From the NCBI GenBank assembly GCA_050613775.1, contig JBODTK010000131.1, forward strand, positions 434,001-481,610: 47,610 bases of DNA, read 5' to 3'. Below the pieces are notes generated by a model. That model was not told the origin of the DNA. It did no database searches and saw only the letters and a list, made by a program, of their open reading frames with translations. Of the stretch, positions 37,020-46,984 are shown piece after piece (the stretch's first letter is position 1; each line of letters begins with the position of its first letter). The translations under genes and the position numbers were made by a program. This DNA comes from Neocallimastix sp. 'constans'. Taxonomy: Eukaryota.

Positions 37020-37622
37020 TGGTACAGGACTTTTGAAATTGATGGATGTATAATAATATATTGGTAAATAGATAGTGGACGTATAAAAATTACGAAAAAC
37101 TTATACAATATTTATTTATTTATTTATTGATTATTTATTAATTTATTTATTTAAAAATTTATTTAACTATATATTATTCATCCATTTATTTATTTGTTCA
37201 TTTATTTATTTATTCCTCCATTACATAAAAAAAAAGAAAAGAGAGAGATTTAAAATAATATTATTACAAAATATTTTATAAATTTTGGTAATACATTGAT
37301 TAGTTAAAAATAATTTTGTGTAACAATAAAATAATAATAAAATTTTAGATATGAATATTAATAATAAAAATAATAAAAAAATTTATAATATAAAATAAAA
37401 TTTATCAAATGTATAATAAAAATATAATAAGAATATAATAAAATATTTATTTTATAGCAAAATATTAATAATTAATAATATATATATTTATATAATAATA
37501 AAGGAAATATTGATAAAGTTAATAAAGATAATAATTAATTAATAAAATAGATTTAAAACATATTTATATGGAGAAATATTAAAATTATTATAATTTAAGG
37601 TATTTGGGTAAATACCGTATCA
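37020..37622 (-). repeat. Element D 5' LTR
   Basis: 603-bp copy of 31512-32114. Confidence 0.95.
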
Positions 37623-37627
37623 TACAA

Positions 37628-38553
37628 TGATTTATACCTAATATTCTTAATCTACAAAAATTAAATTTTGCAGAAGTGAATAAAAGGATAAATACTGAAT
37701 AAAAATTGATTTAAGGAATTTAAAAAAATAAATATGTTTTATTATTAAACACAAAAATGTTTTATTAAAAAAAAATTTATTTTTATTTTAATATTAATCT
37801 TTATTTATTTAATAATTAATTTTGTTTAAATTAATAATATAATAATTGTTAAAACTAATAAAATAATAAAATGAAATATTTATTATTTAAACTAATTTAT
37901 TTTAAATTTTAATAATAAAATTGATTATTAATAACTAATAAAATATTTATAATAATTTATTAACTAATTAATAATAAAGAATAATTTATAAGAAATATTT
38001 ACATGTTTTTATATTTTTCTTTGATTTTAAACTATTTACATTAAAAATAATAAAATTAATAAAAGAGAAATAAAGAATAATTTATTATTAAATTAAACAA
38101 TATTTACAATTAAAATGTTTATAAAGATGAGTTTTAAAATGTTATTTTAATTACAATTTGTTTATAAAAGTTGAGTTATAAAATAAATAAAATAATCATT
38201 ATTTTAAATAAAAGTAACTTAAAAAATTATTTAACTATTTAATTTTAATTTTGCGTTGTTTATAAGTTTGTTTATTTGTTGTTTATAATTTATTAAATAT
38301 GTTTATTATTTTGTTTATTTGTTGTTTTAGAAAAATATTATTTATTAATTTATTTTAGTTTTTAATTAAAATTATTAATGATTAATTAATTTATTATTAT
38401 TTTATTTTAATTATCTTTATTTAATTAATTTTTCTTAAATATGGATTTAATTTTTTTTTGAATGGATTAATTTTTGGGTTAAGCTAGAAAACTTTAATAA
38501 CATGAATTTGTTTTTTATTATTTATTTTAATTTAATAATTTTGTTATTTATCA
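37628..38553 (-). repeat. Element E 3' LTR
   Basis: Copy of 42449-43374. Confidence 0.95.
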
Positions 38554-38681
38554 ATTTCTCGGCCCTTAAGAGTCAACTTCGTCCCTTGAAGTTGTATCAT
38601 TTTCTTGTAGTACATAAGGAAAAACATTTTTTATATGAACATTTCTTTCAAGGAGTTTTCCTGTTTGTGGATCTTCAAGAA

Positions 38682-40076
38682 CTAAAGTGTTGTTTCAGAG
38701 TCTTTTGATGATAGTCTTGAAAGTGCATCATCGAAAAGATTTCTTTTTCTTTTTTCATAAACTAAATTGGTTTTGTACTTATTAAATTCTTCTATCCAAC
38801 GGGCATGTCTATTGTTGTTAGGAATATTTTTCTTGAGCAAACCTAAAAGTGGCTTATAATCAGTTATAAATTTTATCGGTTTATTATTGTTGATTGACAA
38901 TGTCCTACTTAAATAACAAATTGGATGTTCTAATTTGTCTTCCTCCTTTTGCAAAAGAGTACTTCCGATATCTTTATTCTTTTCTATTATTATTGCATTA
39001 CACATAGGCGTCTTTAAAGAAGTATGGGTATTATATATTTCAGTTATTCTTTTAATTCCCTTTTTTGTTTTTTGATATAAGCAATCATCATCTGGATCAA
39101 TGTAGAGTCTGTACTTCTTTTGTATACCTCTTCCTAATATAATATTAAAGAATGGATTTGTATAATCTATTATATAAAATTTTTCATTCACAGTTAAGTT
39201 ATTATTTATAGTTAATCTTAAATTTATATAAGAATTAGTATGGAGTATTGTACCATCGGCAATTGTAATAGTTTCAGAAAAGTCGCAATGATTAATAGTT
39301 ACATTTTCTAATTCTTTTAGAGAATTTTTTGTTATAATATTAATATTTGCACCAGTATCAAAAAGTATCTTAACCATTTTATTTCCAATTTTTCCGCACA
39401 AAATAGGAATATTTAAATTTTGAATGGAATAAAGTATTTTCTCAACTCGTGGTTTACAACCTTGTTCTAGATCTTTTCTTATAGATGGACTAGCTGATAA
39501 TAATTGTGTTAGGCTTATTTTAGGATATAAATTATTGGCTTCTTCTAGAATATTGAATTTATTTTCAGGTTTTAACATTTGTATTTCGGTCATGTTTCGC
39601 TTACCTTTTGTTTTAACTTTTTCTGGTATAGTATTTGAATTATTATCTTGATAATTATTTTCATTAGGAGTATTGGGTTGGGGTTTGTCAAAATTGGTTG
39701 CACGAACACTTTCACTATTATTATTAGATTCTTCATGCGTAATATTATTATTAGATAAATTCATGTCTTCTATATCATTTGTAATTTCTCTTCTTCTTTT
39801 ATCTCTAATGGCTTTCTTCTGTTGTTTAACAGCTTTTATATTTGGTTGATTTAGAATGGAAGGTTTTACTATAGATTTATTACTTGGTGATATTTTATTT
39901 TTATCCAATGCATTCTTACTTAGTGATTTTCTCTTTTGAGCTGCATTAATCATATAATTATTGTTTCCTTCATATTCTATAGTATATTCATGATTATAGT
40001 TGTTTGTTGCAATTTTATTTATCTCGGGAGATTGCGTACTCCCGATAACTAATTTAAATGGTTTAATTCTGGACAT
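38682..40076 (-). CDS. pol: E truncated Pol: spacer + aspartic protease fused in frame to RNase H fragments
   Basis: LFDTGANIN..IILGR protease, then IGSTLLQKEE..HPICYLSRTL..ITDYKPL..DALSRL; no RT motifs. Confidence 0.88.
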   Translation of the reverse strand: MSRIKPFKLVIGSTQSPEINKIATNNYNHEYTIEYEGNNNYMINAAQKRKSLSKNALDKNKISPSNKSIVKPSILNQPNIKAVKQQKKAIRDKRRREITNDIEDMNLSNNNITHEESNNNSESVRATNFDKPQPNTPNENNYQDNNSNTIPEKVKTKGKRNMTEIQMLKPENKFNILEEANNLYPKISLTQLLSASPSIRKDLEQGCKPRVEKILYSIQNLNIPILCGKIGNKMVKILFDTGANINIITKNSLKELENVTINHCDFSETITIADGTILHTNSYINLRLTINNNLTVNEKFYIIDYTNPFFNIILGRGIQKKYRLYIDPDDDCLYQKTKKGIKRITEIYNTHTSLKTPMCNAIIIEKNKDIGSTLLQKEEDKLEHPICYLSRTLSINNNKPIKFITDYKPLLGLLKKNIPNNNRHARWIEEFNKYKTNLVYEKRKRNLFDDALSRLSSKDSETTL

Positions 40077-40977
40077 TCTTCAACAATGTGACCAATACGC
40101 TGACAATTTATGCATAGGTTGATTTTTAAATCGGATAATTTTTTTGTTATATCATCTAGTTCTTTATCAGTGAATTGAGAACCTTTTAAAGTTGCTCTTC
40201 TCTGTTCGACTCCTTTATTGAATTCTACAGGGTTGTAAAAATTTTTATTTGTAGTAAAATTGTTGTTATAGTTATTGTTTCTAAATTTATTATTATAACT
40301 GAAATTTTCATTAGTCCTAATATTAGAGACAAAGGGGATTTTATTGTAATAATTAGTGTTAAAAGATCTAAAATTAGTATTTTTATTATTGTTATTATTA
40401 GTGTTATTTAGATTCTTCTTTACATTTGAGAATTGAGTTTTAGATTTTGGTTTATTATCTTCAAGAAGTTTAAGCATTTTTTCTTTCTTTGAAGTTATTT
40501 CCATTGCATCACTTAATTTAGTAGGTTCTGATTCTAACAAATACTCATACATTTTAGACCAGTTTCTAAATGCATTTATGTAGTATGGAGTACTAATATA
40601 ATCCTTTCCATCTAATTGTAATTGATTTAAGAGTTGTAAGAATTTTGTATCGAAGTCGGAAACTTTTTCACCTTTCTTAATGGTTAATGTTGATATTTCC
40701 AAAAATTTTACATTCTTTGGCGTACAAGGTTTAAATCTTTTCTTTAAGTTTTCTAAAATTATTTCATAAGAGTCAGCTTGTGTTTTATTTAAAGAATTTA
40801 TAACAATAGTTCTTGCTTTATCTGTAGTTACAGCAATTAAATATTCATTCTTTTCTTCGTTTTCAATTTTATATTTTCGACACCAATTTTCAAAGGCGAA
40901 TTTCCATTCTTCATATTGGACTTTTTCTTCACCTAATATTGGTAATCTACTAAAAGTAATAGCTTTGGTAGTTGTTT

Positions 40978-40981
<4 letters not shown>
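40049..40981 (-). CDS. gag: E Gag, 310 aa, CCHC knuckle
   Basis: CINCQRIGHIVEEC; homologous to B Gag. Confidence 0.92.
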
Positions 40982-41038
<57 letters not shown>

Positions 41039-41454
41039 TTAATTATTATTATTAGTAGCAGTAGTAATATTTCTAAAATTATTAATTCTTATTATCTTTA
41101 GTTTATCTTGAATGATTTCCCGTCCTTATAGTACGGTTGTAGAATAATACGACGTTTGGTCCCACTGATTATAGGAGTTTTACACTACGTCTACACCTAA
41201 CGTAGATCTCTACTTATAATCAGCGCCTACTCCCCCGTATTGATTCTTATTCTACAGTCCGTTAGCTCTTACTGCAATAATACACTAGTATTAAGGGTAA
41301 GAGATTCCTACTATAAGTATCAATCAGTCAAGAGAACAGAAGCAGTTCCTCCAACTAAAAAAATACTTTTCTTTAATTGTTTTCCTTAATTTAAATTTTA
41401 TGGTTTTCTAATTTTATTTTATTTTTTTTTTTTTTTTTTTATTATATATTTATT

Positions 41455-41494
<40 letters not shown>

Positions 41495-41947
41495 TTAAAA
41501 AAATATATTTTATACAATAATATCCTAGAAAATATTAAAAAAAATAAAAGGTTAAGTAGTATAATGGTATTTAAAAATTTTTATTATTTAAATATTTAAA
41601 GAAGAATAAAAAGTTAAATTATAAATATTTATTATTAATAATTCTCAAAAGAATATTAATTACGATTTTCCAATAATATAAGTAATAAGTAGGTAGTATA
41701 CTCGTAGCCAGCTTGCCCACTTGCTCAGGCGTCATGTACTACTCGTACCAGTGATTCTCCTACACGTTTATACGTTTGTAGAATAGTTCAGAGCTTCCCA
41801 GCGCGCCGACTGTGAAAGAATAAACTAATCACGGAAACCACTTATTATTTTACTTATATTATTGCTTCTAAAGCAACAATATTCTTTTTTGAAAAATAAA
41901 TAATAATTTTATAATAGAACTTCTTAAAGTTCTTCTGTTTTATTTTA

Positions 41948-42014
<67 letters not shown>

Positions 42015-42431
42015 TAAAATTTTACTAATAAATTTTATTATTATTATTATTTATTACTTATAATATATACTTTATTATTTAATTAAATTGAATAATATGA
42101 ATACTATTTAATTATCTTTAAAAAAAATTTTTTTTTTTTTTTTATTTAATTATTAAAGATAAATTTAATTTAATTTGCAGTTTATTTAACGTATATTATT
42201 TGTTGATTAATTTATATTAATAACTTTAATTTATAATAATTTATTGCTATAATATTTTATTTGCATATTATTAAGATAAATTTATTTGAGTCTATTACTA
42301 TGAATAATTTAGAGTTATTCTAAAACTAGACTAATTTATTGTAATAATTATTGTTTAATATTACCATTGAATAACTAGGCTTATTCTAATATTAAACTAA
42401 AAAAAAAATTTTACTTACCACCGGGGCAACA

Positions 42432-42447
42432 AGAGGATTCTCCACCA
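42432..42447 (-). promoter_or_regulatory. E primer binding site, tRNA-Ala-like
   Basis: Minus-strand TGGTGGAGAATCCTCT, 1 nt from the 5' LTR; identical to the B PBS. Confidence 0.85.
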
Positions 42448-42448
42448 T

Positions 42449-43374
42449 TGATTTATACCTAATATTCTTAATCTACAAAAATTAAATTTTGCAGAAGTGA
42501 ATAAAAGGATAAATACTGAATAAAAATTGATTTAAGGAATTTAAAAAAATAAATATGTTTTATTATTAAACACAAAAATGTTTTATTAAAAAAAAATTTA
42601 TTTTTATTTTAATATTAATCTTTATTTATTTAATAATTAATTTTGTTTAAATTAATAATATAATAATTGTTAAAACTAATAAAATAATAAAATGAAATAT
42701 TTATTATTTAAACTAATTTATTTTAAATTTTAATAATAAAATTGATTATTAATAACTAATAAAATATTTATAATAATTTATTAACTAATTAATAATAAAG
42801 AATAATTTATAAGAAATATTTACATGTTTTTATATTTTTCTTTGATTTTAAACTATTTACATTAAAAATAATAAAATTAATAAAAGAGAAATAAAGAATA
42901 ATTTATTATTAAATTAAACAATATTTACAATTAAAATGTTTATAAAGATGAGTTTTAAAATGTTATTTTAATTACAATTTGTTTATAAAAGTTGAGTTAT
43001 AAAATAAATAAAATAATCATTATTTTAAATAAAAGTAACTTAAAAAATTATTTAACTATTTAATTTTAATTTTGCGTTGTTTATAAGTTTGTTTATTTGT
43101 TGTTTATAATTTATTAAATATGTTTATTATTTTGTTTATTTGTTGTTTTAGAAAAATATTATTTATTAATTTATTTTAGTTTTTAATTAAAATTATTAAT
43201 GATTAATTAATTTATTATTATTTTATTTTAATTATCTTTATTTAATTAATTTTTCTTAAATATGGATTTAATTTTTTTTTGAATGGATTAATTTTTGGGT
43301 TAAGCTAGAAAACTTTAATAACATGAATTTGTTTTTTATTATTTATTTTAATTTAATAATTTTGTTATTTATCA
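42449..43374 (-). repeat. Element E 5' LTR
   Basis: 926 bp; ends 14 bp from tRNA-Ser. Confidence 0.95.
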
Positions 43375-43388
43375 ACAATTCTGAAGTA

Positions 43389-43470
43389 GTCAGTTTGTCC
43401 GAGTGGTTAAGGAGTCAGACTTGAAATCTGATGGGCTCTGCCCGCGCAGGTTCAAACCCTGCAGCTGACG
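43389..43470 (+). tRNA. tRNA-Ser(TGA)
   Basis: GTCAGTT..TCAGA CT-TGA-AA TCTGA, long variable arm GGGCTCTGCCC, GCAGG TTCAAAC CCTGC AGCTGAC G; 82 nt, G73. Confidence 0.95.
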
Positions 43471-43483
43471 CTTCAATTGGTTG

Positions 43484-43555
43484 GGGGTGTTAGCTCGGCG
43501 GTAGAGCAATTGACTGCAGATCAATAGGTCTTCGGTTCAAATCCGGAACGCCCCT
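43484..43555 (+). tRNA. tRNA-Cys(GCA)
   Basis: GGGGTGT..ATTGA CT-GCA-GA TCAAT..TTCGG TTCAAAT CCGGA ACGCCCC T; 72 nt, U73. Confidence 0.95.
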
Positions 43556-43560
43556 TTCTC

Positions 43561-43574
43561 TTTTTTATTTTTTT
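43561..43574 (+). terminator. Pol III oligo-T terminator
   Basis: First T runs of 6 or more after the Ser-Cys pair. Confidence 0.7.
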
Positions 43575-45100
43575 AATTTTTTATTTTTTTATAATTAAAG
43601 GTTTATATATACATGTTAAAATATATTTATTATATTTTGATTTATTTAAACTAATCAAATAAATATTATTCATATATAAAAAACTTTGTAATTGAATATA
43701 TTTTCTTTATTCCATTTTTTACCAATACATTAATAAATTATCTAAATAAAAAAAAATTCAAATTCATTATGAAATTATGTAAAATATTAATATGTCTAGC
43801 AATATTTTTTATTTTATAATTTATTATCATAAAATAAAGAGAAAAAATCTATTTTTTTTTTTATTTTAATGTAAAATTAACATAATAATAAAATTTTAAA
43901 TAAGATTAATATATCAAAATTAAATATAAATATTTATCTAAATAAAGAAAATATTTATATCTATTTATATTTTTTTTAAATAATTAAACTAATGTATATT
44001 TTAAATAATAGAAGAAATAAAAAAAGCGATAAAATAGATAAAATAAAATAAAAGGAAAGAAAAGGAAAGAAAAGGAGATTATTAATTTTAGAATTTTAGA
44101 ATTTACAAGATTATTTACAAGTCTATTTAATAGAGAAAGTTACTTTTTAAACTAATAATTTACTATTAGAAATAACAAGAATTAGACATATTTTTTTTGT
44201 TTAAATTTTAATTAATGAATTGATAATATATGGTAAAGTATACTTTATTCAAAGTATACTATTAAACTTTAGTCCGTTGTAGTTTCGAATTTTAATATAT
44301 ATATATTTTTTTTATTTACTGACTTCTCTCTTTTTAATCGGTATTTATAATCATTTCAAACTAAAATATTATTTATACTTTAATTTATATATTTATGATT
44401 AAATATAAATCCTATTGTATTATGATTTTCACTTTTGGTTGATTTTCTTGATTATTTTTATACTTTTTAATGCATATTCTATCAAAAGATTGATCCAATT
44501 TGAAGGGAATAATTGGAATTTTAAGATATCATTAATATTAATTTTAATTAAATAAATTATTTTAATAAAAACACAATGAATTTTATGGTAAAAATTTAAA
44601 AAATATCAATCCTTAAAATTTATTTGATTCTATTTTATGAATTCTTTGAATTTCACACACACACATTTCAAAATATCAATTTTCGAAAATTTATATTTAA
44701 TTTTTTTTTTTTCAATTTTTTATAATTTTGTTTCTTCTAACCTCTATATGAACCATTTTTTTTAAAAAATAATTTTAAATTTTTTTAACTATTTACTTTA
44801 ATTTTTAGTTAGTAAATATTTTTATTATTTAATAATTGATATTTTATAATTTTATATCTGTTGAGTATTTTAAAATTTAATTAAATTTTAAATAAAAATC
44901 ATTATTATGTATTCTTATATACCTTATGCTTTTTTATAATGTATTCCATTATTTGTTTATGACATAATTTAATATTATAAAAATATTATTTTCCTTATAA
45001 TGTAAAAGTTCTAAAAAAATAGGAACTAAAAAAGGATTAATTTATTTTTTTTTAGATCTAAATTATCTTATTTTATTATTCTATTCTTTTATTTTGGATA

Positions 45101-45273
45101 ATTAGATTAGATTAGGGAATCAGTTAATTAAGGTTTTTCCAAATTACTTTTTGGAATTAATCGGTTTTTTTACTTTACTAATGCGATGATAGATATGGAT
45201 AGATTATTGATCGAAAACTTTTCTAAGTTTTTTCTATCTAATCTAATCTTTTTTCTTAATAAGAGACTTGTTA
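45101..45273 (+). repeat. Dispersed repeat of unknown origin, copy 2
   Basis: Homologous to 9209-9370. Confidence 0.6.
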
Positions 45274-46984
45274 AGAGTAGAACACATATGTACATATTTT
45301 ATATTTAACCTTTTAGAAATCAAGAGATATTATAATAACAATGATAATAATAATTAATAGTATTAAATATTTCTTATAATTCAATTTTTAATAGAGCAAG
45401 CTTTAATAAAACAAATTTAAAACAAAATAAAATATAATTTTTTTATTTCATATGTTATAATTGGTTATAATTAAATCTAATTAAAAGATAAGTATAATTT
45501 TCTCAATTTAATACTAATTTTTATTCAAGTTATTATTAAGATGAAATTAACAATTTAATTATAATTAATTTTATAATTAATTTACTTCATAAAATGCAAT
45601 AATTTTATGAAATTAATTTAAGTAATAATAGCTAATAAAAAAATCATATAATTATATTAAATGAAAATATAATAATAAATTAAATAAATTATGTAGTATT
45701 AATTTAATGAATGTAATGGAGGGTAACTTAATAATTTATTAAGAACTAAGAACTATTAATTATTTTAAAAAAAAAATAATTATAATTCTAGCTATTATTG
45801 AATTAACTAGGGGACTTTTATGAAATGATTATTATTAAATTTTTGATTTTCAATTTTTAATTTTTTTAATATATAATTTGAAAAAAAAATATATTATACT
45901 AAAATAATTTTAGCACACAAAAAAATGATAAAAAAAAATATTTTTAACTTAAATAATTTTTATTAAAAATTTACTTGAAATATTGGCAAGAAACGATGTT
46001 CAATTTTTTTTTTTTTTTTTTTACTTTTTATAATTTTTATAAAAAGAGGCATTAATAGAAATGAATAAAAATCTTATGAAAGCGTTAGTTAGAAGAATGA
46101 AACCCTTTTTTTTTTTTTTTTTTTGAAGGGTAACATTGTAAATAAACAAAAAAAAAATTGATTTGGCTTTATTTATAAGAGTAGGTCAAAACGCTCTAAT
46201 TTTCTACGAGGCCACCGCACTCTTTTTTTTTTTTTAAAAGGAAAAAAAATGAGAGAAAGAAAAATAGAGAAATATCTATAAATTAAAATACTAATAAAAA
46301 ATATTTTAAGAGTTTCAACTTGTTAATACTTGTTCCCATAGATTAGAATATCCTCCTAATATATTTATCATTAACAGTTTTAATAAATTAGTAATAAATT
46401 ATTAAGAAAAAATTTTTTCAAAATACTTCAAATAAAAAAGATATGTAATATAATATTTTTTTAAAATATTAGCTAATATTGAATCATATATATTATAGTA
46501 TAATGAGGTTTAATAAGGTAATTTTGAGAAGACGTAATGAGAAAGACTTAAAAGAAATTTTTTTATTGGAAAAGGAAGAAATAACTTCTGTTATAAAAGA
46601 GATATATTTTAAGTTCCTCGTTGGCTGCGAAAATGGTCAACTCAATAAAAGGAAAGGAAATGAAGTTTCCTCCTTCCCTTTTCGAATCCAACTGAAAAAA
46701 ATTTTTTTTAATACAAGTAGAAGAAGTAGAAGCTCCTTTTTTTTTCTTTTTTTATTTTTGTTTTCCACATCTTAGGTTTAGGATAGAGTAGGAACGGGTT
46801 GCCAGAAACTGCTGTAGTGGAAAAACCACTACAACAACATTGTGGTAAATTGACTTTTTTTTTTTAACCATTATGGATTGGTTGGAAGTACCACCACCAC
46901 CGGGGATCCAAATACACACATATACAAAAAAAAAAAAAAAAAAAAAAAAAAGAGAGATATCATTTTAGAAAAGATCGATTCCTC

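Larger units (their letters stand above)
31512..37622 (-). mobile_element. Element D: apparently intact autonomous Ty3/Gypsy LTR retrotransposon (no chromodomain)
   Basis: 603-bp LTRs that look identical, TACA TSD (31508-31511 / 37623-37626), tRNA-Arg-like PBS, PPT, uninterrupted gag and pol. Confidence 0.96.
37628..43374 (-). mobile_element. Element E: non-autonomous Gag-protease LTR element lacking RT and integrase core
   Basis: 926-bp LTRs that look identical (37628-38553, 42449-43374), ACAA TSD (37624-37627 / 43375-43378), tRNA-Ala PBS. Confidence 0.94.

Noticed and set aside
24725..38553. E' and the E 3' LTR as boundaries of one giant element
   Set aside because: E has its own matching LTR pair and TSD; E' is diverged and truncated.
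41160..41330. Hammerhead ribozyme in the E leader
   Set aside because: No CTGANGA..GAAA core in the proper helix arrangement was found on either strand by eye.
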